From NCBI GenBank assembly GCA_902573325.1, contig CACGJH010000004.1, forward strand, positions 49,285 to 113,284: a stretch of 64,000 nt of DNA, written 5' to 3'. Origin of the DNA: an uncultured Alphaproteobacteria bacterium. Lineage in GTDB: Bacteria; Pseudomonadota; Alphaproteobacteria; HIMB59; GCA-002718135. The position numbers and the translations under genes are program-made. The notes under the pieces are model-generated. The model had not been told where the DNA came from. It did not search any database and saw only the letters and a program-made list of their open reading frames with translations. Below are positions 23,401 through 33,159 of the stretch, one piece after another. Each line of letters opens with the position of its first letter. The first letter of the stretch is position 1.

Positions 23401-24619
23401 CTCCTGGTCTAAGAATTTTGAATATTTCAAAAAGAGCTTCTTCTCTAGAGCGAGCTTTGTCTAACTGTAATGTATTTCTGATATAAGAACCAATTTCAAT
23501 ATTGTCGGATTTAAGTATATCTAACTTGTTTATTTTATTTTGATTTAAAAACTCAATAAAGATATCATCTATTTCATATCCTGCTTCAAAAAAAATCTTT
23601 CCTGTTTTTTCATCAATAATATCTGATGACAAGAAAAACCCTAAAAGAGATTCTTCGCTTATTGTTAAGTTAGATATATTTTTCTTTTTTATATCATTTA
23701 TTATTTTTTGATTAACTTTTGTACCTTTGGTTAAAATTGTTTTACCATTTTTAGAATCTAAAAGATCAAAATTTAAAATTTTACCTTTAAAAAAGCTTAG
23801 CTCTTGCTTAAAAGACCAACCAAATTCACTTTTTTTGTATTGTACATTATCATAAAATAAGGAAAGTATTTCTTCACCTGTCATTCCAAGAATTTTTCTT
23901 GAATCAGGTTCTATTTTATTTACTTCACATTCTTTTATATATTTTTCAGATTGTTTACTTAAAAGACATTTAAACAATGTGGTAACTGGAAATTTTCTTT
24001 TTCTATCAATTCTTGCATGAATATTATTTTTAGCATCATGCTCAAAATCTAACCAAGAACCTCTGTAAGGAATAATTCTTGCGTTAAACAAGTATTTTCC
24101 ACTTGTATGGGTTTTTCCAAAGTCATGATCAAAAAAAACTCCAGGTGATCGATGCATTTGACTTACAACAACTCTTTCTGTGCCATTTACAACAAATGTT
24201 GCATTTTTGGTCATCAGTGGGATGTCTCCCATATAAACTTCTTGTTCTTTTATATCCCTTACTGATTTTGTTCCGGCAATTTCATCAATGTCCCAAATAA
24301 TTAATCTAAAATTTACAAGAAGAGGAGTTCCATACGTCATTCCTCTTTGAGAACATTCTTCAACATCATATTTAGGAACTCCAAGATTATAACTTACATA
24401 ATCTACTGTTGCTCTCTCAGCATAGTCATTGATAGGAAAAACGGATTTAAATATTGAGTGCAGACCTGTATTTTCCCTTTTTTCAGGATCTGATCTAAGT
24501 TGTAAAAAATTATCAAAAGATCTTTTTTGAACTTCAACCAGATTTGGTAAAGATGTTACTAATGGTATTTTACCAAATGATTTTCTAATTTTTTTAAGAT
24601 TTATATGGTCTAAACTCAT
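20414..24619 (-). CDS. rpoB: DNA-directed RNA polymerase beta subunit
   Basis: 1401 aa. Contains the rifampicin-cluster region ..[34 protein letters not shown].. and the C-terminal [20 protein letters not shown]. Confidence 0.98.
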   Translation of the reverse strand: MSLDHINLKKIRKSFGKIPLVTSLPNLVEVQKRSFDNFLQLRSDPEKRENTGLHSIFKSVFPINDYAERATVDYVSYNLGVPKYDVEECSQRGMTYGTPLLVNFRLIIWDIDEIAGTKSVRDIKEQEVYMGDIPLMTKNATFVVNGTERVVVSQMHRSPGVFFDHDFGKTHTSGKYLFNARIIPYRGSWLDFEHDAKNNIHARIDRKRKFPVTTLFKCLLSKQSEKYIKECEVNKIEPDSRKILGMTGEEILSLFYDNVQYKKSEFGWSFKQELSFFKGKILNFDLLDSKNGKTILTKGTKVNQKIINDIKKKNISNLTISEESLLGFFLSSDIIDEKTGKIFFEAGYEIDDIFIEFLNQNKINKLDILKSDNIEIGSYIRNTLQLDKARSREEALFEIFKILRPGEPPTIETAENLFNNLFFNADRYDLSSVGRLKINAKFKKSSDIEQRILDKSDILDVVNHMHNLIDGKGEIDDIDHLANRRVRSVGELLENQYRIGLLKMDRAIKERLSSLEVDNIMPQDIVNAKPVVASIKEFFGLSQLSQFMDQTNPLSEITHKRRVSALGPGGLNRERAGFEVRDVHQTHYGRICPIETPEGANIGLINSLASYSRINKYGFIETPYRIVNSGKVTEKVIYLSAIDEEDFVIAQANAEIDPKGKFRDNIVSCRKNGEFINVDIEAIDLMDVSPQQLVSVASSLIPFLENDDANRALMGSNMMRQAVPLIKPKAPLVGTGMEYTVANDSGSTIVAKREGIVDQLDAQRIVIRITDKNDKSLNKIDIYNLAKFQRSNQNTCITQRPLVNVGERVKKNQVIADGPATDLGELALGRNVLAAFMPWNGYNFEDSILISEKVVQDDVFTSIHVEEFEVMSRDTKLGPEEITRDIPNASEEMLVNLDETGIVYVGAEVNSGDILVGKVTPKGESPMTPEEKLLRAIFGEKAADVKDTSLRVPPGVKGTIVEIRVFSRRGIEKDERAISIENNQIEVIARDRDDELKILEKSFGNHLRELLTGQIFISGYESLNKNSEIKFEDIEKLNLSDLLKINISNDNKTNQIETLVKNYENQLGNINQKFENKIDKIQSGDELLPGVLKLIKVFISVKRKLQPGDKMAGRHGNKGVISKICPVEDMPYLEDGTPVDIVLNPLGVPSRMNIGQILETHLGWASASLGRQVSEMIKSIQSEGQTKNLRNKLLEIYDLEKHQKIIKNMNDDEIFELGNNLKEGIPFATPVFDGAKEKDITNLLSISGVSETGQEILYDGVTGQKFDRPVTVGYMYMLKLHHLVDEKIHARSIGPYSLVTQQPLGGKAQFGGQRFGEMEVWALEAYGAAYTLQEILTIKSDDVAGRTKVYESIVKGDNNFESGTPESFNVMVKELRSLGLNLDFKENSKENNLTNLIGSNE

Positions 24620-24647
24620 TTCACTTCCTTTATATTCTTACCAAAAT

Positions 24648-24672
24648 TTGTAGGCCTATCAAAGGCCTACAA
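24648..24672 (-). terminator. rplL-rpoB intergenic hairpin (attenuator/partial terminator candidate)
   Basis: Perfect 10-bp inverted repeat, ttgtaggcct (24648-24657) and aggcctacaa (24663-24672), with a 5-nt loop. It starts 2 nt after the rplL stop. On the transcript it is followed by AUUUUGG. It is one of the few GC-containing hairpins in the window. Confidence 0.5.
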
Positions 24673-24673
24673 T

Positions 24674-25051
24674 TTATTTCAATGTTACTTTTGCACCAGC
24701 TGCTTCTAATGCTTTTTTCATTTCTTCAGCTTCTTCCTTTTTAACCCCTTGTTTTAGTGGTTTAGGTGCGCCTTCAACAAGATCTTTTGCTTCTTTGAGC
24801 CCAAGACCAGTAATGGTTCTTACCTCTTTAATGACAGCAATTTTATTAGATCCAGATTCAGATAACTCAATATCAAATTCTGTTTTCTCTTCCGCAGCAG
24901 CTTCTCCACCACCGGCAGCCGGAGCTGCAGCAACTGCAACTGGCGCAGCAGCAGATACACCCCATTTTTCTTCAAGCAATTTACTTAATTCAGCTGCCTC
25001 AAGAACTGTTAGGGAAGAAAGATCTTCTACTATTTTATTCAAATCAGCCAT
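24674..25051 (-). CDS. rplL: 50S ribosomal protein L7/L12
   Basis: 125 aa. Ala-rich hinge [14 protein letters not shown] and C-terminal domain [24 protein letters not shown]. Confidence 0.98.
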   Translation of the reverse strand: MADLNKIVEDLSSLTVLEAAELSKLLEEKWGVSAAAPVAVAAAPAAGGGEAAAEEKTEFDIELSESGSNKIAVIKEVRTITGLGLKEAKDLVEGAPKPLKQGVKKEEAEEMKKALEAAGAKVTLK

Positions 25052-25069
25052 TTATTTCTCCTTATTTAC

Positions 25070-25591
25070 CTAGTTCGACTCTTGTTTATTGCTACTGTTA
25101 GAACTAATTAATCTTGCAATTTGTGCTCCAGGTTCAGCTGTAATTGAAGCTATCTTTTGAGCAGGCGCTGAAATTAGTCCTATTATTTTTCCTCTTAACT
25201 CATCTAAAGAAGGTAGTTTTGCAAGAAAATCAATTTTTTCTTTATCAATTTTCTCTCCATTATAACCTCCACCAATAATTTTAAAATTTTCAAATTTTTT
25301 CTCAAAGCTAACTGCTACTTTTGCTGGTGCTACTGCATCATCAGAGTAAGCAATTGCTGTTGGACCTTTGAAAAGCTCAGAAATATCTTTAAATTGAGTT
25401 TCAGATATAGCAAGTTTAGTGAGTCTGTTCTTAGTTACTTTAAATTTTGATCCATTATCTCTCATTTCTTTTCTAAGTTGCTCTGTTTCATTAACTGTTA
25501 GCCCAGAATATTCAGCCACAATCACAGAAGTAGCATTTGAAAAGTCTTCTTTGAGATTTCTTACAAAATCTTTTTTTTCAGAACGTTTCAC
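25070..25591 (-). CDS. rplJ: 50S ribosomal protein L10
   Basis: The L10 body includes ..VIVAEYSGLTVNETEQLRKEMR. The track start at 25627 is TTG. GTG at 25591 gives (M)KRSEKKDFV.., the usual length of about 173 aa, and is preceded by GAGG 5 nt upstream. The choice of start is inference. Confidence 0.9.
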   Translation of the reverse strand: MKRSEKKDFVRNLKEDFSNATSVIVAEYSGLTVNETEQLRKEMRDNGSKFKVTKNRLTKLAISETQFKDISELFKGPTAIAYSDDAVAPAKVAVSFEKKFENFKIIGGGYNGEKIDKEKIDFLAKLPSLDELRGKIIGLISAPAQKIASITAEPGAQIARLISSNSSNKQESN

Positions 25592-25774
25592 GTCAACCTC
25601 GGTTTTAATTGGACCTATAAGATCCAATATTAGCTAAAATTAGTTTGCCCACCAAACTAACTTAAAGCCTGTCAAGAAGCAAATCAATGACTCGCTTCAG
25701 TCTATGCAGGAAATTAAGCTTTATGCCCCTGCAGTCTTTGACAGGTGATGATCATAGATCATCGATTGGATTAA
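25592..25774 (-). promoter_or_regulatory. Structured rplA-rplJ intergenic leader (candidate L10/L12 autoregulatory leader)
   Basis: Noticeably more GC-rich than other intergenic DNA here. Nested complementary segments: 25668-25676 pairs with 25736-25745 (one bulge), and 25705-25710 pairs with 25728-25733. A further 7-bp hairpin, gatgatc-ata-gatcatc, sits at 25747-25763. Confidence 0.45.
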
Positions 25775-26464
25775 TTAACGCAAGCTTGCTTGGTTAATAT
25801 TTAATCCAACTCCCATAGTTGAAGCTATGGTAACCTTTTTTATAAAAGAACCCTTAACAGCATCAGGTTTACTTTTACTAACTGAAGAATAAAATGTTTT
25901 AATATTTTCTAACAAATCTTCTTCGCTAAAATCTAGTTTGCCAACACCAGCATGAACGATACCAGATTTATCATTTTTGAATTTGACTTGACCTGACTTA
26001 GCGTCCTTTACTGATTGAGAAATTTCATTTGTTACTGTACCGAGCTTAGGGTTTGGCATTAATCCTTTTGGACCAAGTATTTTTGCTACTTTACCTAATT
26101 TAGGCATCATATCTGGAGTCGCAATTAAAACATCAAATTCTATTTTTGATTTAGAAATTGTTTCAATCAAATCATCACTCCCTACCAAATCAGCACCATT
26201 ACTTTTTGCATCTTTTTGTTTGTCATCATTTGCAATTACTGCGACTTTTACATTTTTTCCTGTTCCATTAGGAAGATTAACGACACCCTTAATATTTTGA
26301 TCAGTTTTGTTGCTATCAATTCCGAGATTGATAGAAATATCAATAGTTTCTTTAAACTTAACGAAAGATTTTTCTTTTAAAATTTTAATGGCTTCTAGTG
26401 GTTCGTAAATCTTTGAAGAGTCAAAATTATTTAACATTTGTTTTCTATTTTTTGTTATTTTCAT
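25775..26464 (-). CDS. rplA: 50S ribosomal protein L1
   Basis: 229 aa with ..KFKETIDISINLGID..IKGVVNLPNGTGK. Confidence 0.97.
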   Translation of the reverse strand: MKITKNRKQMLNNFDSSKIYEPLEAIKILKEKSFVKFKETIDISINLGIDSNKTDQNIKGVVNLPNGTGKNVKVAVIANDDKQKDAKSNGADLVGSDDLIETISKSKIEFDVLIATPDMMPKLGKVAKILGPKGLMPNPKLGTVTNEISQSVKDAKSGQVKFKNDKSGIVHAGVGKLDFSEEDLLENIKTFYSSVSKSKPDAVKGSFIKKVTIASTMGVGLNINQASLR

Positions 26465-26892
26465 TAACCAACTACCTCCATACCCATTGAAATGGCAGAA
26501 CCTTTAACCATGTTCATTGCTCCATCTAGATCAATAGCATTTAGATCTTGCATTTTTTCTTTGGCAATCTTTTCAATATCTTGCATTGAGACTTTACCTA
26601 CTAATGATCTTCCAGGAGTTGAGTTTCCTTTTTTTATTTTTGCTGCTTTTTTTAGATAAAAACTTACTGGTGGTAATTTTGTAGTAAAATCAAAGCTTCT
26701 ATCTTTGTATGCTGTTATAATAACTGGAATTGGCGCACCTTTTTCTAAATCTTTTGTTTTATCATTAAATGCTTTACAAAAATCCATTATATTTAATCCT
26801 CTTTGTCCAAGGGCAGGACCAACAGGAGGTGAAGGGTTGGCTCCTCCAGCAGGAATTTGTAATTTAATTAAACCTAAAATTTCTTTAGCCAT
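26464..26892 (-). CDS. rplK: 50S ribosomal protein L11
   Basis: 142 aa with [35 protein letters not shown]. Confidence 0.98.
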   Translation of the reverse strand: MAKEILGLIKLQIPAGGANPSPPVGPALGQRGLNIMDFCKAFNDKTKDLEKGAPIPVIITAYKDRSFDFTTKLPPVSFYLKKAAKIKKGNSTPGRSLVGKVSMQDIEKIAKEKMQDLNAIDLDGAMNMVKGSAISMGMEVVG

Positions 26893-26895
26893 ATT

Positions 26896-27429
26896 TTATA
26901 CCTTTTCTACCTGAGAATATTCTAAATCAACAGGTGTTGATCTTCCAAAAATTGAAACAGCTACTCTTAATCTTGCTTTATCTTCATCTATTTGTTCGAC
27001 CTCTCCATTAAATGATGCAAAAGGTCCATCAATTACTTTTACTTGTTCTCCAACATCATACATTATCGCAGGTCTAGATTTTTCTACACCATCAATAACT
27101 TGTTCAGATATTCTTTTTGCTTCTGCGTTACTAATAGGAACTGGTTTACCTTTATTTCCTAGAAAACCACTTAGCTTTGGAGTTGTTTTAATAATATGCC
27201 AAGTATCATCATTTAAACTCATTTTAATAAGAATATATCCAGGAAATATTTTTCTTTCTGTATTAACCCTTACACCTCTTTTTACTTCAACAATATTTTG
27301 AACGGGGACAGATATTTCTTCGATATGTTCTTTAACTCCAAGTTTTGTTGCTTGGTCTAGGATGCTGTCAGCAACTTTTTTTTCATAACCTGAATAGGCA
27401 TGAAGAACGTACCATCTTGCTTTATTCAT
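26896..27429 (-). CDS. nusG: Transcription termination/antitermination factor NusG
   Basis: 177 aa with RWYVLHAYSGYEKKV, plus the C-terminal KOW motif GEQVKVIDGPFASFNGEV. Confidence 0.96.
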   Translation of the reverse strand: MNKARWYVLHAYSGYEKKVADSILDQATKLGVKEHIEEISVPVQNIVEVKRGVRVNTERKIFPGYILIKMSLNDDTWHIIKTTPKLSGFLGNKGKPVPISNAEAKRISEQVIDGVEKSRPAIMYDVGEQVKVIDGPFASFNGEVEQIDEDKARLRVAVSIFGRSTPVDLEYSQVEKV

Positions 27430-27644
27430 TAAAAACCAGAACCTATTTCAATTATTTTTCTTATTGAAAAAGACCATATTTGATCGGTTAAAAGAAAAAA
27501 TAATGAAAATAATATTATTAATAATATGACTATTGCAGAAGAAATAAAAGTATCTCTCCTTTGGGGCCAGGTTACTTTTTGTAATTCTTGTCTAACTTGT
27601 CTTACAAAAAGAGCTGGTGATGTTTTCTTTTTTTCAATATTCAT
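27429..27644 (-). CDS. secE: Preprotein translocase subunit SecE
   Basis: 71 aa with a single C-terminal TM segment and ..FVRQVRQELQKVTWP. Canonical position upstream of nusG. Confidence 0.9.
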   Translation of the reverse strand: MNIEKKKTSPALFVRQVRQELQKVTWPQRRDTFISSAIVILLIILFSLFFLLTDQIWSFSIRKIIEIGSGF

Positions 27645-27658
27645 ATTTTCGTTTCTCT

Positions 27659-27734
27659 TGGCAGGAGTGGCAGGACTTGAACCCGCAGCCCCCGGTTTTG
27701 GAGACCGGTGCTCTACCAGTTGAGCTACACTCCT
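27659..27734 (-). tRNA. trnW: tRNA-Trp (anticodon CCA)
   Basis: Minus-strand read: AGGAGTG-TA-GCTC-AACTGGTA-GAGC-A-CCGGT-CTCCAAA-ACCGG-GGGCT-GCGGG-TTCAAGT-CCTGC-CACTCCT-G-CCA. Folds by hand into a full cloverleaf. The 3-prime CCA is encoded. Confidence 0.95.
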
Positions 27735-27771
27735 AATAAGTAAAGGCTAACTGATAGAGTGGTCCCTAAAA

Positions 27772-28962
27772 CTATTCAATAATTTCAGCAACAACTCCAG
27801 CGCCAACTGTTCTTCCACCTTCTCTGATTGCAAATTTTAAACCTTTATCCATTGCAATTGGGGACAAAAGAGTAACTTCCATCGCAATATTATCACCAGG
27901 CATTACCATTTCGGTTCCTTCTGGTAATTTAATTGTTCCAGTCACATCAGTTGTTCTAAAGTAGAATTGAGGTCTGTAGTTTGAAAAGAATGGAGTATGT
28001 CTTCCACCCTCTTCTTTTTTTAATACATATGCTTCTGCTTTAAATTTTGTATGTGGTTTTATTGAGCCTGGTTTTGCTAATACTTGACCACGTTCAACTT
28101 CTTCTCTTTTTGTTCCACGAAGAAGAACACCGACGTTATCTCCAGCTTCACCAGAATCTAAAAGTTTTCTAAACATCTCAACTCCAGTACAAGTAGTTTT
28201 TTGAGGTTCTCTTATTCCTAGGATCTCGATTTCCTCTCCGACTTTAACTTGACCTTGTTCAATTCTTCCAGTTACAACCGTACCTCTACCAGAAATTGAA
28301 AATACATCCTCAACTGGCATTAAGAAAGGCTGATCTACAGGTCGGCTAGGTTGTGGTATATGTTCATCAACTGCTTTCATTAATTCCATAATTGAATTTT
28401 TTCCAATTTCATCATCTCTACCTTCAAGAGCTGCTAAAGCTGAACCCTTAATGATTGGGATAGTATCACCAGGGAATTCATATGAAGTAAGAAGTTCTCT
28501 AATTTCCATTTCGACTAGATCAATTAATTCTTTGTCATCTACTTGATCAACTTTGTTCATGTATACTACAAGAGCAGGCACGCCTACCTGTCTAGCTAAA
28601 AGTATGTGTTCTCTTGTTTGAGGCATTGGTCCGTCAGCTGCATTAACAACTAAGATTCCTCCGTCCATTTGAGCAGCACCAGTGATCATGTTTTTTACAT
28701 AATCGGCGTGTCCAGGACAGTCAACGTGAGCATAGTGTCTTGCTTCAGTTTCATATTCAACGTGTGCAGTTGAAATAGTTATTCCACGCTCTCTCTCTTC
28801 AGGTGCTTTGTCAATGTTTGCATAATCTGTAAATTCTGCTCCACCTGTTTCTGCTAATATTTTTGTTATAGCAGCAGTTAATGTTGTTTTACCATGGTCA
28901 ACGTGACCAACGGTTCCTATGTTACAATGCGGTTTGTTTCTTTCGAATTTTGCTTTAGCCAT
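27772..28962 (-). CDS. tuf: Elongation factor Tu
   Basis: 396 aa with [27 protein letters not shown]. Confidence 0.99.
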   Translation of the reverse strand: MAKAKFERNKPHCNIGTVGHVDHGKTTLTAAITKILAETGGAEFTDYANIDKAPEERERGITISTAHVEYETEARHYAHVDCPGHADYVKNMITGAAQMDGGILVVNAADGPMPQTREHILLARQVGVPALVVYMNKVDQVDDKELIDLVEMEIRELLTSYEFPGDTIPIIKGSALAALEGRDDEIGKNSIMELMKAVDEHIPQPSRPVDQPFLMPVEDVFSISGRGTVVTGRIEQGQVKVGEEIEILGIREPQKTTCTGVEMFRKLLDSGEAGDNVGVLLRGTKREEVERGQVLAKPGSIKPHTKFKAEAYVLKKEEGGRHTPFFSNYRPQFYFRTTDVTGTIKLPEGTEMVMPGDNIAMEVTLLSPIAMDKGLKFAIREGGRTVGAGVVAEIIE

Positions 28963-28988
28963 TTTTTTACCCCAATAATATTTTGTTA

Positions 28989-29062
28989 TGGAGCGGGTGA
29001 AGGGAATCGAACCCTCGTAGCCAGCTTGGAAGGCTGGAGCTTTACCACTAAGCTACACCCGC
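28989..29062 (-). tRNA. trnG: tRNA-Gly (anticodon UCC)
   Basis: Minus-strand read: GCGGGTGTAGCTTAGTGGTAAAGCTCCAGCCTTCCAAGCTGGCTACGAGGGTTCGATTCCCTTCACCCGCTCCA. The anticodon loop is CTTCCAA. The T-loop GGTTCGATTCC is present and CCA is encoded. Confidence 0.95.
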
Positions 29063-29120
29063 AACTAAACTGACTGCTTCACACACTCACTTTAATGCTT
29101 TCATCCCATTACCTCCATAA

Positions 29121-29206
29121 TGGTGGAGGGGGTAGGATTCGAACCTACGTACGCTCACGCGGGCGGATTTACAGTCCGCTGCCTTTAACCACTCGACCAC
29201 CCCTCC
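29121..29206 (-). tRNA. trnY: tRNA-Tyr (anticodon GUA), long variable arm
   Basis: Minus-strand read: GGAGGGGTGGTCGAGTGGTTAAAGGCAGCGGACTGTAAATCCGCCCGCGTGAGCGTACGTAGGTTCGAATCCTACCCCCTCCACCA. The anticodon loop is CTGTAAA. 86 nt, class II tRNA. Confidence 0.95.
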
Positions 29207-29224
29207 GTTTGAAGAAATTGGCCA

Positions 29225-29251
29225 ATACTAATAAATTAGTATATATGTCAA
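29225..29251 (-). promoter_or_regulatory. Candidate promoter for the tRNA-Tyr/tRNA-Gly/tuf transcription unit
   Basis: On the minus strand: a perfect -35 TTGACA (29251..29246), then TAGTAT (29230..29225) after a 15-nt spacer. This is about 20 nt upstream of the mature tRNA-Tyr 5-prime end. The spacer is shorter than optimal. Confidence 0.3.
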
Positions 29252-29376
29252 TCTAAAACAGCAGCTTCACCTTTGCAAAATACGTATACTCGTAAAAGCA
29301 ACGGCCTTTTAGACAAAAAATGCCTTTTTGTACATATCTAGATTGTATTAATTAGACAAATCTGTGATATTAAACC

Positions 29377-30138
29377 ATGAGTAAGTTTAGAAATAATAAA
29401 TCTAATAAAAACCAAGGAATTCATACAATTTTTGGTCAACATTCTGTTAAGGCAGCCCTTCAAAATGATAAAAGAGAGAATATTGAGCTTATAATTAGTA
29501 AAAATCAGACTAATTTTGCCAAAAAATATGAATCTAATATACAAAAAATAACCATTCTTCCTCAAAATGAATTCACAAGAAGATTTGGAAATGAAAACAC
29601 AACGCAGGGAGTAGTTCTAAAAACAAAAGATCTTACTTGGCCAGGTTTAGAAGAATTTGTAAAAGTAGAAAGTAAAAAATCAAAATCAGTAATATTAATT
29701 TTAGATCAAGTAACTGATCCTCAAAATATTGGCTCAATAATGAGATCATGTGCATTATTTGATTGTGCAGGAATTATAGTTGGCAAGGATAACTCACCAG
29801 AACTGACTTCATCACTTTATAAATCAGCTTCCGGTGCTGCAGAAATTGTAAATTATATTAAAGTGACAAATATTAGAAGAGCTATTTCTTTTCTTAAAAA
29901 AAATAATTATTGGATTTATGGATTTGACAGTTCGAAAAATAAAAATTCAAAATTAAATTTTTCACAAAAATCAGTATTAGTATTTGGCTCTGAAGGAAAA
30001 GGTATTAGAGAATTAGTAAAAAAGGAATGTGATGAAATAATTCAGATAAAAATGAAAAATAATTTAAAATTTGAAATTGATAGTTTGAATGTTTCTAATG
30101 CAACATCGATTGCTTTATATCAGTTTTACTCAACTTAA
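29377..30138 (+). CDS. rlmB: TrmH/SpoU-family 23S rRNA 2-prime-O-methyltransferase (RlmB-like)
   Basis: 253 aa. N-terminal substrate-binding part (IFGQHSVKAALQN) and SpoU methylase motifs LDQVTDPQNIGSIMRSCALFD, LVFGSEGKGI and SLNVSNATSIALY. Confidence 0.85.
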   Translation: MSKFRNNKSNKNQGIHTIFGQHSVKAALQNDKRENIELIISKNQTNFAKKYESNIQKITILPQNEFTRRFGNENTTQGVVLKTKDLTWPGLEEFVKVESKKSKSVILILDQVTDPQNIGSIMRSCALFDCAGIIVGKDNSPELTSSLYKSASGAAEIVNYIKVTNIRRAISFLKKNNYWIYGFDSSKNKNSKLNFSQKSVLVFGSEGKGIRELVKKECDEIIQIKMKNNLKFEIDSLNVSNATSIALYQFYST

Positions 30139-30150
30139 ATATTATTAAGG

Positions 30151-30226
<76 letters not shown>

Positions 30227-30276
30227 ATTATTTTTGCATTTATATTAAATTATAAATTCGACAAGAATTTTATAAA

Positions 30277-30399
30277 TTAAATTCCAGGAATATAAGGAAC
30301 TCCATCACCCTTTACCCTTTCGTTTAATTCACTTAATGTAGAGCATGCTGTGATTGGACTAAATACAAGAAATAAAATTATTAATATTTTTTTAATCAT
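30277..30399 (-). CDS. Putative 40-aa mini-lipoprotein
   Basis: The internal ATG at 30399 of track ORF 30277..30459 gives MIKKILIILFLVFSPITAC|STLSELNERVKGDGVPYIPGI. This is a signal peptide plus a lipobox-like ITAC. It starts 7 nt after the fdsA stop. No homology recognised. Confidence 0.4.
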   Translation of the reverse strand: MIKKILIILFLVFSPITACSTLSELNERVKGDGVPYIPGI

Positions 30400-30406
30400 A
30401 GAATAT

Positions 30407-33159
30407 TTATAACTTCTCAATTTTTGCTGCACAATATTTAAATTCAGGAATTTTTCCATATGGATCTAAAGCTGGATTAGTTAAAAGATTAGCAGCAGAT
30501 TCATTATAACAAAATGGAATAAATATGACTCCATCAGGAATCGCCCTGTCTTGCCTTACTCTAATATCTATTGAGCCTCTTCTAGTTGTGACTTTTATTT
30601 TATCACCAGCTTTCATATTATTTTTAATTATATCTTTAGGTGATATTGAAACTGAAGGTTCTGGTTCGATAGCATCTAAATTTGATGCCTTTCTAGTCAT
30701 AGCTCCAGTATGCCAATGCTCTAATTGTCTTCCTGTGGTTAGTATCATTCCAAATTCTTTATCAGGTACCTCATCTGGTGCAGTAACACTAGCTGGAACA
30801 AATTTACCTTTACCATTTTCGTTTGGAAATTTATCACCAAAAACAATTTCATCTCCGGGTGTAGTTGGAGATTTACTTGGATAAGTTACAGAGTTTTCAT
30901 TTTCTAATCTTTCCCACGAAATATTGTTTAAAGAAGGCATTGTTAGTGACATTTCTTCATAAATTTCCTTGGGATGATTATATTTCCAATTTAAACCCAT
31001 TCTTTTTCCAAGTTCATTTGTTATCCACCAATCTTCTTTAGCTTCACCTGGAGAGTCTAAAGCTTTTCTTCCCATCTGTACTTGCCTATTAGTATTAGTA
31101 ACTGTTCCATTTTTTCAGGCCATGCTGAAGCGGGGAAAATAACATCCGCATATGTTGCTGTTTCAGTTAAAAAAATATCTTGAACAACTAAATGCTCTAA
31201 CATTTGTAGAGCTTCTCTTGCATGATTTAGATCAGGGTCAGACATTGCTGGATTTTCACCAAGTATATACATACCTTTAATTGTATTCTCGTGAATAGCA
31301 TCCATAATTTCAACAACAGTTAGACCTTTTTTATCATCTAGAGGAGTGTTCCAAAGTTTTTCAAAGAAATCTCTATTATTATTTTTATCAACTAATTGGT
31401 AATCGGGATACATCATGGGTATAAGACCGGCATCAGACGCTCCTTGAACATTATTTTGTCCTCTTAAAGGATGTAAACCTGATCCTCTTTTTCCAACATT
31501 ACCTGTCATCAAAGCAAGAGAAATTAAACATCTAGCATTATCCGTACCATGTGTGTGTTGAGAAACCCCCATCCCCCAAAAAATTATTCCTTTATTTGTA
31601 TTGGCATATAAGCGTGCTACTTCTCTTATAAGTTCTGGATCGATACCTGTTTCGTTTTCCATTATATCAGGTGAATAATTCATTAAATGTTTTCTTAATT
31701 TTTCAAATCCTTCAGTTTGTTTTTTAATATATTCGGAATTAAATAAATTTTCTTCGACAATAACATTCATTATTGAGTTTAAGAGAGCAACATCAGATCC
31801 TGGTTTAAATTGTAACATATGAGTTGCATGTTTTTTTAAGGAATGGCCTCTAGGATCCATCACAATTAATTTAGAACCCTTTTTAGCAGCATTCTTAAAA
31901 AAAGTTGCTGCAACAGGATGGTTTTCAGTAGGATTTGCTCCAATGACTATTATTACATCTGAATGTTCAACTTCATAGAATGGAGCCGTAACAGCTCCTG
32001 AACCAATAGTTTCCAATAAAGCAGCTACAGAAGACGCATGACAAAGTCTTGTACAATGATCAACATTATTTGTATTAAAACCAGTTCTGATTAATTTTTG
32101 AAATAAATAAGCTTCTTCATTTGAACATTTAGCTGATCCAAAACCTGCAAGATTACTCTTACCATTTCTTTGTTTATTAAGTTTTAAAAATCCTTCTGCA
32201 GCATAATCTAGAGCTTCATCCCAAGATGCTTCTCTAAAATATTCATGAACATTCGAAAAATTAATACTTGGGTGTAAGTCTTTTGCTTTACCTTTAATTC
32301 TAATCAATGGCTTTGTAAGTCTTTCTGGATTATTTACATAATCAAAACCAAATCTTCCTTTTACACATAATCTATTCTTGTTTGCGGGACCATCAACACC
32401 ATTAACATATTTAATTTTGTTATCTTTTACATTGTATTCTATCTGACAACCCACACCGCAATAAGGACAAACGCTATCAATTTTTTTATCTACCTTGCTA
32501 TGGCCAACACCATCTTTATCTACAATGGATGCTGGCATTAATGCTCCAGTTGGACAAGCCTGTACACATTCACCACATGCCACACACGTGCTATCACCCA
32601 TTGGATCATCAAAATCAAATACAATTTTAGAATTTTCTCCTCGATATGCCATTCCGATGACATCGTTGACCTGAACTTCTCTACATGCTCTTACACAAAG
32701 ATTACATTGGATGCATGCATCTAGATTTACAGCCATACTAGGATGAGAAACATCTGCTTGACATGAAGTTTTTTTTGGAAATCTACTTTCTTTAACTTCA
32801 ACTTTTTCTATCCATTTCCAAAAGTCAGAATTATTATCATGAGCAATTTCTTTTTTTGGCTGGTCAGCTAGAAGTAATTCAAAAACTAACTCTCTAGATT
32901 TTTTAGCCTTTTCTGAAGAAGTTTTTACTTTCATACTATCAGTTGGCTTTCTAATACAAGATGCTGCCAACACACGCTCTCCTTCAATTTCAACCATACA
33001 TGCTCTACAATTTCCATCTGCTCTATAGCCAGGTTTATCGGAATAACATAAATGTGGGATTTCTGTTCCAAGTCTATTTGCAACTTGCCAAATAGTTTCA
33101 TCAGCATTTGCTTCAACTAATTTTTCATTTAAATAAAATTTTATTTTTTCTTTAGTCAT
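30407..33159 (-). pseudogene. fdsA: NAD-dependent formate dehydrogenase alpha (catalytic Mo/W-bis-MGD) subunit, interrupted by a 1-nt frameshift
   Basis: Two track ORFs, 31057..33159 (700 aa) and 30407..31075 (222 aa), together make one FdsA/FdhA-type protein. It has an N-terminal 2Fe-2S motif (CYSDKPGYRADGNCRACMVE), 4Fe-4S clusters (CIQCNLCVRAC, CVACGECVQACP) and an MGD domain (VDHCTRLCHASS). The frame changes at the A6 run, which is T6 on the plus strand at 31110-31115. Confidence 0.9.

Noticed and set aside
24795-25073. 92-aa Ala/Ser-rich plus-strand ORF.
   Set aside because: It is the mirror image of the Ala-rich hinge of rplL on the opposite strand.
29226-29241. 16-bp palindrome TACTAAT-AA-ATTAGTA overlapping the putative tRNA-Tyr promoter; a possible operator.
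   Set aside because: 7-bp AT-only inverted repeats are expected by chance many times in 64 kb of this composition. No second copy was seen elsewhere in the window.
29338-29565. 75-aa minus-strand ORF overlapping the 5-prime end of rlmB.
   Set aside because: It overlaps a well-supported gene on the other strand and has an Ile/Phe/Leu-rich AT-driven composition. There is no SD and no homology.
30227-30276. Possible terminator (aaattc-ttgtc-gaattt) after the mini-lipoprotein ORF, or a promoter for tRNA-Thr.
   Set aside because: The stem is 6 bp of mostly A/T pairs. I could not find a -35/-10 pair with acceptable spacing. The evidence is too weak to annotate.
30525-30884. 119-aa plus-strand ORF opposite the C-terminal fdsA fragment.
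   Set aside because: It is antisense to a conserved molybdopterin-binding domain, with no motif and no start context.
31100-31120. The idea that the fdsA frameshift is a bona fide programmed -1 frameshift or a transcriptional-slippage site.
   Set aside because: Not adopted as the call. The A run is only 6 nt, there is no X-XXY-YYZ heptamer in the zero frame, and I see no downstream stem-loop or pseudoknot. A homopolymer indel, whether error or mutation, is the simpler explanation. I kept it as a finding because only reads can decide.
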